From: Erysipelotrichaceae bacterium | Lineage (GTDB): Bacteria > Bacillota_I > Bacilli_A > Erysipelotrichales > Erysipelotrichaceae | NCBI GenBank assembly: GCA_017431825.1 | Contig: JAFRKI010000002.1 | Span: 155,863 to 219,862, forward strand | Length of the DNA: 64,000 nt | Reading direction: 5' to 3' | Part shown: piece by piece, positions 36,218 through 46,503 of the stretch | Position numbering within the stretch: the first letter of the stretch is position 1 | How the letters are laid out: every line of letters starts with the position of its first letter | Translations under genes and position numbers: made by a program | The notes under the pieces: model-generated | What the model was told of the DNA's origin: nothing | The model's database searches: none | The model's input: the letters and a program-made list of their open reading frames with translations, nothing else

Positions 36218-38715
36218 TCTTCAAAGAGATTGGTCTGGTCAAACTCTTCATCTTCTTCATAGTAATCGGCAGGCAGATCGATAATCTCGGCTTCCTTGAT
36301 ATCGGACATGTCATCCTTGATGAAGGAATATTCGCCTTCCACGTCGAAAGGACTGGAGAAGGTCGCTTCCGTATCCATGAAAGGTATCTCGCTTACCGGC
36401 AGGGAGATGCTTTCGCTCTGATCGAATATCAGAGAGGTATATGAAGATACTTCCTTGCAGTAGATCAGCGTATGCGGATTGGATTTGATCTGCTTGAACA
36501 GACGGTTGCCCTTGGCATTGCGGCTTGTGAATTCCAGATCGTCGAAATGGATCCGCTTGAAGCCGCCCTTGTCGCTGGCCAGCAGCAGTTCGCTGCCGTC
36601 ATGATGATCAGTGACGATGCCGCATAAGGAATCGGCCTTGACGTTGATGCAACCGACGCCTAAAGCTCTAGGAGCCAGGTCGGAGAGCACTTCACTGGAG
36701 TACTTGTTGTAGTGGCCGTCTTTGGATATGGCTACGATATCATCGTCCTCGTAGCATAAAGCCATGGATACGACTTCATCGTCGCTCCTGAGCTTCATTG
36801 CCGGCAATGATTTCGAAGTTCTGTTCGCATTGAAACGCGGTATGGAAGTCTTCTTAATCATGCCCTTTCTGGTAGCCGTCAGGATGAAGGCATAGGTATC
36901 AAAGTTCTTGACGACGATGGCACCGACGATCTTTTCGTTGCCTTCCATCTTGACATATGTCGAAACGTGTTTGCCCTGTTCCTTGAACTTGCATTCATCG
37001 ATCCTGTACACAGGAAGATGGATATAGTAGCCCTTGGAAGTGAATATCAGCAGGGTATCGAGCGTCTCACAGTCCTTGATGCCGACCAGGAAGTCGTTGT
37101 CCTTGGTATAAGGCACCTGACCGAGGTTCGCGTCATAGGCTCTTTGGGAGAAACGCTTGATATAGCCGTCCTTTGAAAGAGCTATGTAGCATTCCTCGTT
37201 GGCGATCATCGCGGTCTTGTCGATGACGATGTCTTCTACTTCATCTTCGATAAGCGTCTTGCGAGGAACCGGATTCTTTTCGTTTACTTCCTTGAGTTCT
37301 CTGGTTATGAGATTATCGAGGACCTTTCTGGACTTGATGATGGATTCCAGTTCAGCGATCTCCTTTGTAAGCTCTGAGAACTCATTCTTTAATTCGGTGA
37401 TATCCGTTGAGGTCAGACGGTAAAGCCTCAGGTTGACGATTGCTTCAGCCTGTTCCTCAGAGAATAGGAAGTTGGCCTTAAGCCTTTCCTTGGCATCTTT
37501 CTTGTCCTTTGACTGTCTGATGGTCTCGATGACGGCATCCAGTATCGATATGGCCTTGATGAGACCTTCGATGATATGGAGGCGGGCTTTCTTCTTGTCC
37601 CGCAGATATACCGATCTGTTTAATACGACCTTTCTTCTGAAGTTTATGTAGGCATCCAGGGCATCGGTCAAAGACAGCAGTGTCGGTCTGTGGTCGACGA
37701 TGGCGATGCTGTTGTAGCTGTAGTTTATCTGCAGGTCGGTGTTCTTATAGAGATAATTCAGGATCATTTCCTGATTGGCATCCTTCTTGAGATCGATGAC
37801 TATCTTGAGTCCGGCCCTGCCCGATTCGTCTCTGACATCGATGATGCCGTCGATCTCTTTGGAAAGATAGATGTCGGAGATCTTCTTTACCAGCTGGGAC
37901 TTGATCACTTCATAAGGGATCTCGGTAACGACGATCTGATTTATGGTCTTGGTTTCGATTATTTCGCATTTACTTCTAAGGACTACTCTGCCCTTGCCGG
38001 TCTCGAATACTTCCCTGATCGCATCCTTGCCCTGGACGATGCCGCCGGTAGGAAAATCAGGTCCCTTGACGATAGCCAGCAGTTCATCGAGCGAACAGCC
38101 CGGATTGTTTAAACGGTAGATGGTTGCATCCACTATCTCATTGAGATTATGCGGAGCGATGTTGGTCGCATAGCCTGAGGCGATACCGGTGGATCCGTTT
38201 ACCAGCAGCAAGGGATATCTGGCCGGCAGTACTGTCGGTTCCAGCACCGTATCGTCATAGTTGTTGGTCATGGTGACGGTCTCATAGTCGATGTCGTCCA
38301 GCAGTAAAGCTGCGTTCCTTGAAAGCCTGGCTTCCGTATAACGCATGGCGGCCGGCGGATCGTCATCGATGGAGCCGTTGTTGCCGTGCATGTCGATCAG
38401 CGGCAGGTTCATCTTCCAGTCCTGAGACATTCTTACCATGGCTTCATAGATACTGGAATCACCGTGCGGATGGAAGACGCCCATGATCTGTCCTACGGCC
38501 TTTGCGGACTTCCTGTGTGGCTTTTCCGAGGTATTGCCGTCTGTATACATGGCATAGAGGATTCGCCTCTGTACCGGCTTTAAACCGTCTCTGGCGTCAG
38601 GCAGAGCTCTTTCCTGGATGATGTACTTGGAATACGCGCCGAAACGGTCGGATACGATATCATCCAGCGCTTCAGTCACGTTCTTTTCTTCGATAAGTTC
38701 CTTATTCCTGGCCAT
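36214..38715 (-). CDS. parC: DNA topoisomerase IV subunit A
   Basis: 833 aa. GLKPVQRRILY and active-site AAMRYTEARL. I call ParC rather than GyrA from the plsY / parE-parC synteny known in Bacillota, and I did not see a GyrA-box. Confidence 0.7.
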   Translation of the reverse strand: MARNKELIEEKNVTEALDDIVSDRFGAYSKYIIQERALPDARDGLKPVQRRILYAMYTDGNTSEKPHRKSAKAVGQIMGVFHPHGDSSIYEAMVRMSQDWKMNLPLIDMHGNNGSIDDDPPAAMRYTEARLSRNAALLLDDIDYETVTMTNNYDDTVLEPTVLPARYPLLLVNGSTGIASGYATNIAPHNLNEIVDATIYRLNNPGCSLDELLAIVKGPDFPTGGIVQGKDAIREVFETGKGRVVLRSKCEIIETKTINQIVVTEIPYEVIKSQLVKKISDIYLSKEIDGIIDVRDESGRAGLKIVIDLKKDANQEMILNYLYKNTDLQINYSYNSIAIVDHRPTLLSLTDALDAYINFRRKVVLNRSVYLRDKKKARLHIIEGLIKAISILDAVIETIRQSKDKKDAKERLKANFLFSEEQAEAIVNLRLYRLTSTDITELKNEFSELTKEIAELESIIKSRKVLDNLITRELKEVNEKNPVPRKTLIEDEVEDIVIDKTAMIANEECYIALSKDGYIKRFSQRAYDANLGQVPYTKDNDFLVGIKDCETLDTLLIFTSKGYYIHLPVYRIDECKFKEQGKHVSTYVKMEGNEKIVGAIVVKNFDTYAFILTATRKGMIKKTSIPRFNANRTSKSLPAMKLRSDDEVVSMALCYEDDDIVAISKDGHYNKYSSEVLSDLAPRALGVGCINVKADSLCGIVTDHHDGSELLLASDKGGFKRIHFDDLEFTSRNAKGNRLFKQIKSNPHTLIYCKEVSSYTSLIFDQSESISLPVSEIPFMDTEATFSSPFDVEGEYSFIKDDMSDIKEAEIIDLPADYYEEDEEFDQTNLFEE

Positions 38716-40633
38716 TTCTCTCTACCTTATAGTCCTCTTCCAGAGTAAAGTCGATATTCTCTTCGATCCACTTCCTTCTCAGTTCCGGCTTATTGCCCAT
38801 AAGCACGCTGATCTTTCTTTCACAGATAGCCGCATCTTCGATGCCTACCTGGATTAGCGTCCTCCTGGCCGGGTCCATGGTCGTATCCCAAAGCTGGTCG
38901 GCATCCATTTCACCCAGACCCTTGTATCTCTGTATCTCAAGCTTGCTTTTGGCATTCTCTCTGTATTTATTAAGTTCATCATCGGAGTAAAGATAGTGAA
39001 TGCCCTCTTTTGTCTTGACACCGTATAAAGGAGGCATGGCCACATAGACATGTCCGGTCTCTATCAGTTCTCTCATGTAGCGGTAGAAGAAGGTCAAAAG
39101 CAGCACCTGGATATGAGCGCCGTCGGTATCCGCATCGGTCATGATGATGACCTTGTCATAGTGGATGTCGTCGATATCAAAGTGCGGACCGAAACCGGCA
39201 CCGATACAGTGGATGATCGTGTTCAGTTCTTCGTTCTTTTCTATTTCGACCAGTGAAGCTTTCTCGGTATTAAGGACCTTTCCTCTTAATGGCAGTATGG
39301 CCTGATATTTGGAATCGCGGCATTTCTTGGCACTGCCGCCTGCCGAATCGCCTTCAACGAGGAAAAGTTCCAGCTTCTTGGAGTCCTTGGATTGGGCGTT
39401 GGAAAGCTTGCCGCTCAAGATCTCCTTAGCCTTGGAATTGGATTTCTTACCGGCACGGGCTTCATCCCTCGCCTTACGGGCCGCTTCCCTGGCTCCGGCA
39501 GCACGCTGCATCTTCTTGATGAGACGGGTAGCCAGATCCCTGTTTTCATTAAGGAAATACATCAGTTTTTCGGAAACGATCGCATCGACCGCATTCTTGG
39601 CTTCCGGTGTACCCAGTTTTCCCTTGGTTTGTCCTTCAAACTGCAGCAGCGATTCGGGTATCGTAACGACGATGATGCTGGTAAGTCCTTCTCTTACGTC
39701 CGATCCTTCGAAATTCTTGTCTTTGTCTCTTAAAAGACCGTTATTGCGGGCAAACTCATTGATAGTCTTGGTGAAAGCCGTCTTATAGCCGACTTCATGC
39801 GTACCGCCATCTCCCGTCCTGACGAGATTCACGTAGGAATAGGTATTTTCCTGATAACCGTCGGTATACTGGAAAGCGATGCTGACGTTGATGCCTCCGG
39901 ATTCACCGCTGAAGATGACCGTATCATGAAGGACGTCCTTGTCTTCATGAAGGTAGTCCATAAAGGCCCTGAGACCGTCATCATAGAGATACTCGGCTTC
40001 CTCGTTGTTGCGGTAATCCTTTACCGTTATCCTGACACCCTGTAAAAGGAAGGCTTCTTCCTGAGCTCTTTCACAGATGGTGGAAAAATTGAACTGTGTG
40101 GTGGAGAAGATCTTTGCGTCCGGCATGAAAGTGACCTTGGAACCGCTCCTGTTGGTAGGACCGATTAGTTCCAGTTTGGATACCTTTCTGCCGCCGTTTT
40201 CAAAGCGCATGCGGTAACGGTTACGGTCTCTGCAGACTTCAACTTCCAGCCAGCTGCTCAAGGCATTGACGACGCTGGCACCGACACCGTGCAGGCCTCC
40301 GGCCGTCTTATAACCGCCGTCCTGCGTGAACTTGCCGCCCGCATGGAGCACGGTAAAAATGACTTCCAGCGTGTTCTTGCCGGACTTGTGCTGACCCACA
40401 GGCATGCCTCTGCCGTAGTCGGTAACACTGCATGATCCGTCTTTATTGAGTTCTATAAGTATCTCCTTACCGTAGCCGTTTAAAGCCTCATCGATGGAAT
40501 TGTCGACTATTTCCCATACCAGGTGATGCAGACCTCTGGCATCGACCGATCCGATATACATGCCCGGTCTTTTTCTGACGGCTTCCAAACCCTGCAATAT
40601 CTCGATACTGCTGTCGTCGTATTTATTGCCCAT
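38702..40633 (-). CDS. parE: DNA topoisomerase IV subunit B
   Basis: 643 aa. GHKL ATPase N-terminus LEAVRKRPGMYIGS, Toprim EGDSAGG. Divergent from plsY. Confidence 0.7.
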   Translation of the reverse strand: MGNKYDDSSIEILQGLEAVRKRPGMYIGSVDARGLHHLVWEIVDNSIDEALNGYGKEILIELNKDGSCSVTDYGRGMPVGQHKSGKNTLEVIFTVLHAGGKFTQDGGYKTAGGLHGVGASVVNALSSWLEVEVCRDRNRYRMRFENGGRKVSKLELIGPTNRSGSKVTFMPDAKIFSTTQFNFSTICERAQEEAFLLQGVRITVKDYRNNEEAEYLYDDGLRAFMDYLHEDKDVLHDTVIFSGESGGINVSIAFQYTDGYQENTYSYVNLVRTGDGGTHEVGYKTAFTKTINEFARNNGLLRDKDKNFEGSDVREGLTSIIVVTIPESLLQFEGQTKGKLGTPEAKNAVDAIVSEKLMYFLNENRDLATRLIKKMQRAAGAREAARKARDEARAGKKSNSKAKEILSGKLSNAQSKDSKKLELFLVEGDSAGGSAKKCRDSKYQAILPLRGKVLNTEKASLVEIEKNEELNTIIHCIGAGFGPHFDIDDIHYDKVIIMTDADTDGAHIQVLLLTFFYRYMRELIETGHVYVAMPPLYGVKTKEGIHYLYSDDELNKYRENAKSKLEIQRYKGLGEMDADQLWDTTMDPARRTLIQVGIEDAAICERKISVLMGNKPELRRKWIEENIDFTLEEDYKVERNGQE

Positions 40634-40684
40634 ACCATGTAATTATAACAAATTTTCCCTGTTTAATTTTGCTATAATGAGTCT

Positions 40685-41290
40685 ATGAAAATTATATTGT
40701 GGTTGATTCTCGGATATCTGGTAGGGTCCATTCCCTGGGCCCTTATCATCGGCAAAGTATTCTATAATACCGACATCAGGACCAAAGGTTCCGGCAATCT
40801 CGGAGGTACCAATGCCGGAAGAGTACTGGGTACGAAAGTAGGTATCATCGTAATCCTGCTTGATGCATCCAAGGCCTTCCTGATGATGGTATTATGTAAT
40901 GCGATAAGTCCTGAATACTGCCGTTATGTAGGCTTGGCCGTATGTATCGGACACTGCTTCCCGGTATTTGCGAACTTCAAGGGCGGTAAGGCCGTGGCCT
41001 GTGCCATGGGCTATATCCTGGGTGTTGGGCTCTTCATTACCCATGATGTGATCTTTACCTTCGTCTTCCCGGTCCTTGTCTGGGCGCTGGTCCTGGGACT
41101 TACGAAGTACATGTCTCTGGCATCCATTTCCGGAGTATGGACGGCTGCCATAATGGGTTTCCTGACATACAAGGATACACAGCTGGCTGTCCTGGTAACG
41201 ATACTGGCTGCCTTCATAACCTTCATGCACAGAGCCAATATCAAAAGACTGTTTAACGGTACTGAGTCAAAGGTATCGTTCCTGAAATAA
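40685..41290 (+). CDS. plsY: Glycerol-3-phosphate acyltransferase PlsY
   Basis: 201 aa membrane protein with the GSGNLGGTN motif. Confidence 0.9.
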   Translation: MKIILWLILGYLVGSIPWALIIGKVFYNTDIRTKGSGNLGGTNAGRVLGTKVGIIVILLDASKAFLMMVLCNAISPEYCRYVGLAVCIGHCFPVFANFKGGKAVACAMGYILGVGLFITHDVIFTFVFPVLVWALVLGLTKYMSLASISGVWTAAIMGFLTYKDTQLAVLVTILAAFITFMHRANIKRLFNGTESKVSFLK

Positions 41291-41309
41291 CAGTAAAAAC
41301 TGAATAATC

Positions 41310-41341
41310 AAAAACCAGTTCATAATTGAACTGGTTTTTTT
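41310..41341. terminator. Bidirectional terminator (plsY / end of the ARH locus)
   Basis: CCAGTTCA (41315-41322) / TGAACTGG (41327-41334) with loop TAAT, an A-run before and TTTTTTT after. Confidence 0.85.
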
Positions 41342-41361
41342 ATGAGTGTTTCTTGAGCGAT

Positions 41362-42297
41362 TTATTTATTCTTGTTTCTGATGAATTCTTTGACCTTCTC
41401 GATGGTCGTGACACCGCCTCTAGGCCCTTCCTTGGTTATGGACATGGCAGCAGCACAGTTGGCGAATTCCAGTGCATACTCCAGGTCGTATCCCAGCATG
41501 AACGTGGCCATAAAGGTGGCATTCATGGTGTCTCCGGCACCGGTGCAGTCAACGATATCTACCTTATTGGCAGGCAGTGATATATCGACTCCATCTTTTG
41601 TCAGCAGCCGGCAGCCTTCGGCACCAAGCGTCAGCAGGAGGTTCTTGATATCCAGATCGAAGATCTCCCTGATGAACTCCTCTTCGGTCATGTCCTCGCC
41701 TTTTCTGAAGGTCTCGAAACCGAATTCGTTCATGCTGACGGTATGGGCATGTCTTACATAATCCCTCCAGTCCTTACAGAAGTAGTTGGATTCAACGTCA
41801 AAGAAGGTCTTTACACCGTTCTCATGCAGGAAATTCATGAAACCCTTGACGTCATCCAGTATTCCCACATAGCCGATGGTTCCGTATACGAATTCCGCAT
41901 TCCTGAAGAAGTCCAGCTGTTCATCACTTAAGTGATATCTCGGCGGTTCTTCATTTACACAGAAGATCGAACGATCTCCGTCAGGGAACTGGAAGATGAG
42001 ACACTTGGAATCCTTTACGGAATCCAGTCTGATGACCCGGGAGATATCGACGTTGCTCCTGATGAGGTCATCATAGAGAAAGTCTTCACTCGGATCGGTG
42101 CTTTTGACGTCAAAGACATAGGTCTTGATGCCATAACCTGCACAGACGCAGGCCGCATTGGCGATCATGCCACCGGCTACCGGTCCGATGTACTTGGCAT
42201 TGGCCTTTTCACCCTTGGCCATCCAGTTATCCATTCTGTAGTACTCGTCCACACAGGCAAAGCCCATGAAGACGGCATAGGGTTTATTTGTTTCCAT
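41362..42297 (-). CDS. PfkB-family carbohydrate/nucleoside kinase (last gene of the locus)
   Basis: 311 aa. PfkB signature DIVDCTGAGDTMNATF. Its start lies 1 nt after the stop of the preceding ARH gene. Confidence 0.75.
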   Translation of the reverse strand: METNKPYAVFMGFACVDEYYRMDNWMAKGEKANAKYIGPVAGGMIANAACVCAGYGIKTYVFDVKSTDPSEDFLYDDLIRSNVDISRVIRLDSVKDSKCLIFQFPDGDRSIFCVNEEPPRYHLSDEQLDFFRNAEFVYGTIGYVGILDDVKGFMNFLHENGVKTFFDVESNYFCKDWRDYVRHAHTVSMNEFGFETFRKGEDMTEEEFIREIFDLDIKNLLLTLGAEGCRLLTKDGVDISLPANKVDIVDCTGAGDTMNATFMATFMLGYDLEYALEFANCAAAMSITKEGPRGGVTTIEKVKEFIRNKNK

Positions 42298-42298
42298 T

Positions 42299-43375
42299 TT
42301 ACTTACCTGTTGTCAGTTCGCTTACCTTTCTGGCAACCTCACACAGATCGAAGCTGTTGGCCTTCTGTATCATGTCCAGATGATACTGGGCATTGGTGAT
42401 GCCGCTGAAACCCTGATAGGCACCGCACATCGATCCGCAGATGGCACCGACCGTATCGGTATCATCACCTGCGTTCATAGCCATGTGGATAGCCTTAAGG
42501 GTATCGCCTCCGGCAGCCACCATGAAACCGAATCCGGCCGGAATGGCTTCGGTGGCCCTGATGCCAAGACCTACCAGGTCATTCATTTCCGTGATGCATC
42601 TGTCAAAGTCATCACTGTACTTTAGACCGATGCCTACGGCCAGTTTCATGCGTTCCACAACGTCTGAACCGGTGACCGAAGGATAGATCTTTGAAGCTCT
42701 CAGATAGCCTTCCTTAGCACCATAGAAGCCCGCATCGAGCACCTTGTCCAGGGTCGAGTGTTCATCCATGGCCACAGCGGTCGCAGCAGCTACGGCTGCA
42801 CCAGCCGATAAGGCGATCCTGTTTGGATGCGTGATGCCCGCATAGACGATGAGATCATCTATGGCCTTATCCGGATCAAGCGGATTGAATACGCCGGCAA
42901 CGAAGGCCTTCATACCGGCGCCGTTGGTCGATGCCTTGTTCAGAGGATAACTGCCATGACTTCCGTCATACTCCACGTACGGCCTGTTATCTTCCAGGGC
43001 ATAATAACCCACCAGCTTGGCGATGGCGTCTCTGGTCGATGGTCCTGAATGCGGTATGTAGTATTCCGGTATCTTCGACCATTCCAGCAGGCCTCTTTTG
43101 GCTCCTTCTTCCGTGATCTTTCCGTCTTTCAGGAATTCTAATGCTGAAATATAGGAAACGGAAAGGTCATCAGTAGCGATACCCAGCCTTCTGGCAGGAG
43201 GATATTCCGCAACCAGCGTAGTCTCCAGAGGCACCGTGTAATCAAACGTATAGTCACCGTTGCCGATGTCTTTCTTTATGAGATATGTCGGCCTTGTCTC
43301 TGTAGGAGCACCCAGGGCATCGCCCATTCCGCAGCCCAGGAAGGCACCAAGAGTTCTGTCATAATTGATATTCAT
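42299..43375 (-). CDS. ADP-ribosylglycohydrolase-family protein, paralogue type 1
   Basis: 358 aa. N-terminal motif LGCGMGDALGAPTETRP and C-terminal metal motif NAGDDTDTVGAICGSMCGAY. Confidence 0.8.
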   Translation of the reverse strand: MNINYDRTLGAFLGCGMGDALGAPTETRPTYLIKKDIGNGDYTFDYTVPLETTLVAEYPPARRLGIATDDLSVSYISALEFLKDGKITEEGAKRGLLEWSKIPEYYIPHSGPSTRDAIAKLVGYYALEDNRPYVEYDGSHGSYPLNKASTNGAGMKAFVAGVFNPLDPDKAIDDLIVYAGITHPNRIALSAGAAVAAATAVAMDEHSTLDKVLDAGFYGAKEGYLRASKIYPSVTGSDVVERMKLAVGIGLKYSDDFDRCITEMNDLVGLGIRATEAIPAGFGFMVAAGGDTLKAIHMAMNAGDDTDTVGAICGSMCGAYQGFSGITNAQYHLDMIQKANSFDLCEVARKVSELTTGK

Positions 43376-43377
43376 TC

Positions 43378-44412
43378 TTAATTACCTCCCAGATACGTAT
43401 CGATGTCCTCAGCCATCTTTTCCAGATCGAAACCGTTCTCTCTGTTGATGAGATCGAGGTATTTGTCCTTAAGCACTCCAGGACCCTCGAGCGCACCAAC
43501 GATGAATCCGGCCATGCAGCCTACCGTATCGGTATCATCGCCCGCATTTACGGCCATCAGGATTGTCTTCCAGATGTCGCCTTTTACGGCAGTGATGATA
43601 CCGAAGGCAGCCGGAACGGCTTCATTAGCCGGTAATCCGGTCCCGATGATCTTCGAAATGCTTTCCATGGCTTCGTCGAAATCATCCTGATACTGCAGTC
43701 CCAGATCGATGGCATATTCCATACGTCTTTCTATCGTAGCACCGCAGGTCGGTACCGTAATGTCTACGCTTCTCTTATAGCCTTCCCTGGCTCCGTAGAA
43801 ACCGGCTTCGACCACTTCAAGCCAGGATACTCTTTCTTCCATGGCTTTGGCAGTCGCGGCAGCTATCGCACAGGCACCGGATAAAGCGATGGCATTGTCA
43901 TGAGTCACCTTACACATGACGATGGCTTCATCGATGGCCTTATCGACGTTACCGGCATTGAGTAAGCCGATGATGCCGACTTTCATGGCGGCACCGTTGC
44001 TGGCTTCCCTGTTTCTGGTTACCAGATTGTCCTGCTTGGTATGCGGCATCGGAATGCCTTTGATACGGTTATAGGCGGCACGGGAAGTCGGACCGGCATA
44101 ACGGGTATACTTGGAATCAGGTTCGTCAAACCAGCGGATCACCGCTCTTTTGGCTCCTTCTTCGCTTACCTTGCCGTCCTTGAGGAATTCTTCCGCACTG
44201 TAATAAGCGATGGAAAAATCATCGGTCACGACACCTTTGGTGGTACCGCCGTGCGGGAATGATCCCTCAGGCATGTCCACGATGTCCGTGCAGAGTCCGC
44301 CGAAGTATTTCTTAATAGTCTCTATCGAACCGTTTTCCGTACAGCAGCCCATCGCATCCGCAACGGAAGCTGCCAGTAAGGAACCCAGGATCTTGGATCG
44401 TCTGTCTGACAT
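43378..44412 (-). CDS. ADP-ribosylglycohydrolase-family protein, paralogue type 2
   Basis: 344 aa. LAASVADAMGCCTENGS and NAGDDTDTVGCMAGFIVGAL. Confidence 0.8.
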   Translation of the reverse strand: MSDRRSKILGSLLAASVADAMGCCTENGSIETIKKYFGGLCTDIVDMPEGSFPHGGTTKGVVTDDFSIAYYSAEEFLKDGKVSEEGAKRAVIRWFDEPDSKYTRYAGPTSRAAYNRIKGIPMPHTKQDNLVTRNREASNGAAMKVGIIGLLNAGNVDKAIDEAIVMCKVTHDNAIALSGACAIAAATAKAMEERVSWLEVVEAGFYGAREGYKRSVDITVPTCGATIERRMEYAIDLGLQYQDDFDEAMESISKIIGTGLPANEAVPAAFGIITAVKGDIWKTILMAVNAGDDTDTVGCMAGFIVGALEGPGVLKDKYLDLINRENGFDLEKMAEDIDTYLGGN

Positions 44413-44413
44413 C

Positions 44414-45454
44414 TTAAGCCTTTCCGTTTAAGATCTTATCTATATCCTTGGCCAGCTTTTCGAGTTCGATGTCGTTCTGCTTTTCAAGGAACTTGAGGTT
44501 CTTAGCCGGTAAGGATTCGACGCCGTTTAAGGCACCGAGGATGCCTCCGACCATGGTAGCTATCGTATCGGTATCATCACCGATGTTGACACCGCCATAG
44601 ATGCCCTGCATCGTATCGCCCTTGGCAGCTACCATCAGACCGAAGACGGCCGGAATGGCTTCGTTGGCTGCCAGGCTTGAGCCTACCAGTGAACCCAGCT
44701 TATCGATGGCTTCATCCATGTCTTTGGCAGTAAGACCGACCCAGATAGCCAGTTTCATTCTTTCTTCGACACTGGCACCGGCGTTCTCATGGTACTTGGC
44801 ACCGAGTCTTTCGCCTTCTCTGGCGCCGTAAAGACCGGCCTGTACGACTTTGAACAGGTCTGCGTCGTCATTCATGGCGCAGGCTGTAGCTGCTGCTACG
44901 GCACAGGATCCGGCCAGAGCGATCTGGTTAGGATGAGTGAGCGATGCGACCGTGATGGCGATCTTGATGGCCTTGTCGACATCGCCGCCGCTGAACAGCG
45001 CAACCGGAGCGATCTTCATGCCGGCGCCGTTGGATGACTGGGCATTCATGTTTACCGGCGTAAAGAGATTGGCCGGATCGAACTTGTTGACATCAGGAGC
45101 AGTGCCTTTCATCTTGGCAATGTTTGCTCTGGTGGTAGGACCCGCAAAACGGGAGAACCATTTGTCTACTTCCGACCATTCCAGTAAGGCTTTCTTGGCA
45201 ACGGCTTTGGTTACAACACCCTTATTGTCAGCGATCCTTCTGGCTGTCACATAGGCGACAGAGAAGTCATCGGTGATCTGACCGGCCTTGGAGCCTCGGG
45301 CATAGGTATCCTTAGGCGGCGCATAGAATTTCTTTACGTCACCGCCGAAAAATTCATGGATCTGCTTACGGGAACGGATCTCCGTTGCGGCACCCATGGC
45401 GTCGCCGGTAGCTCCGCCTACCAGACAGCCTAAAATCTTGTTATATGCAATCAT
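44414..45454 (-). CDS. ADP-ribosylglycohydrolase-family protein, paralogue type 3
   Basis: 346 aa. VGGATGDAMGAATEIRS and NIGDDTDTIATMVGGILGAL. Confidence 0.8.
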   Translation of the reverse strand: MIAYNKILGCLVGGATGDAMGAATEIRSRKQIHEFFGGDVKKFYAPPKDTYARGSKAGQITDDFSVAYVTARRIADNKGVVTKAVAKKALLEWSEVDKWFSRFAGPTTRANIAKMKGTAPDVNKFDPANLFTPVNMNAQSSNGAGMKIAPVALFSGGDVDKAIKIAITVASLTHPNQIALAGSCAVAAATACAMNDDADLFKVVQAGLYGAREGERLGAKYHENAGASVEERMKLAIWVGLTAKDMDEAIDKLGSLVGSSLAANEAIPAVFGLMVAAKGDTMQGIYGGVNIGDDTDTIATMVGGILGALNGVESLPAKNLKFLEKQNDIELEKLAKDIDKILNGKA

Positions 45455-45477
45455 GATGTTATTCTCCTTTTCGTATA

Positions 45478-46503
45478 TTAATCAGTAAACTTATCAACTG
45501 CGTCTATAAGACCCTTGATATCGAGATCATTGGCTTCAGACAGAAAAGACATGTAGTTGCTCGGAATGTCCTTAGCGCCGGAATAGGCACCGCACATGGC
45601 ACCGGTTATGGCCGCGATGGTATCGGTATCATTACCGCAGTTGACGCCCATGTAGATGGCATCCATAACCTTGCCTTTGGCAGCTACAAAGAAACCGAAG
45701 GCCGCAGGGATAGCTTCATTGGCGTTGAGCCCCGTACCTACCAGACCGGCCATCTCCTTGAGCAGTCCATCGAAATCATTCGCATAATTCACGCCGATGG
45801 TAACGGCCATCCTGATCCTGTCTTCGACACTGGCACCGGCTGACGGTTTGGTGAATTTCCAGGATCTTTCATAGCCTTCATGGGCACCGTAAAGCCCGGC
45901 ACTTACCACATCGTCAAGCGTGGAATTCTTCGTCATGGCCACAGCGGTAGCAGCAGCTACGGCAGCAGCGGCAGAAAGAGCGACTGGATTGTCGTGAGTG
46001 ACCTTGCACATGGTCATCGCATCTTCGATGGCCTTTTCCACATTGCCCATGTTGAAGACACCGGCTACCCAGGCTTTCATGCCGGCTCCGTTAGTGGCGG
46101 CAGAATTGTTGCAGCAGGCATAATCGTTCTTTGTATCCACTTCTTCACCCTTGATAAGAGCGATGGCTTTCTTGGAAGTAGGACCGGAATGAGCTATGTA
46201 GTAACGATCATATTTGGACCATTCGACCATGGCCTTTTCGGCAGCTTCCTTGGTGATTCCTCCGGCTTCAATGAATGCCTTGGAACTGAGATAGCTTACC
46301 GAGAAGTCATCGGTACACTGGCCGGCCGGCTGTCCGGCAGCCAAAGTGTCAGGACGAGGTTCAACGAACTTCTTTACATAGCGTCCGCCGCCTACGTCTT
46401 TCTTTATCAGATCGGTAGGACGAGTTTCTGTCGGTGCGCCCATGGCATCACCGATGGCACAACCTAAATACGCACCTTTGATGCGATCATACTTGGTAGT
46501 CAT
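45478..46503 (-). CDS. ADP-ribosylglycohydrolase-family protein, paralogue type 1'
   Basis: 341 aa. LGCAIGDAMGAPTETRP and NCGNDTDTIAAITGAMCGAY. Its start overlaps the upstream stop as TAATG. Confidence 0.8.
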   Translation of the reverse strand: MTTKYDRIKGAYLGCAIGDAMGAPTETRPTDLIKKDVGGGRYVKKFVEPRPDTLAAGQPAGQCTDDFSVSYLSSKAFIEAGGITKEAAEKAMVEWSKYDRYYIAHSGPTSKKAIALIKGEEVDTKNDYACCNNSAATNGAGMKAWVAGVFNMGNVEKAIEDAMTMCKVTHDNPVALSAAAAVAAATAVAMTKNSTLDDVVSAGLYGAHEGYERSWKFTKPSAGASVEDRIRMAVTIGVNYANDFDGLLKEMAGLVGTGLNANEAIPAAFGFFVAAKGKVMDAIYMGVNCGNDTDTIAAITGAMCGAYSGAKDIPSNYMSFLSEANDLDIKGLIDAVDKFTD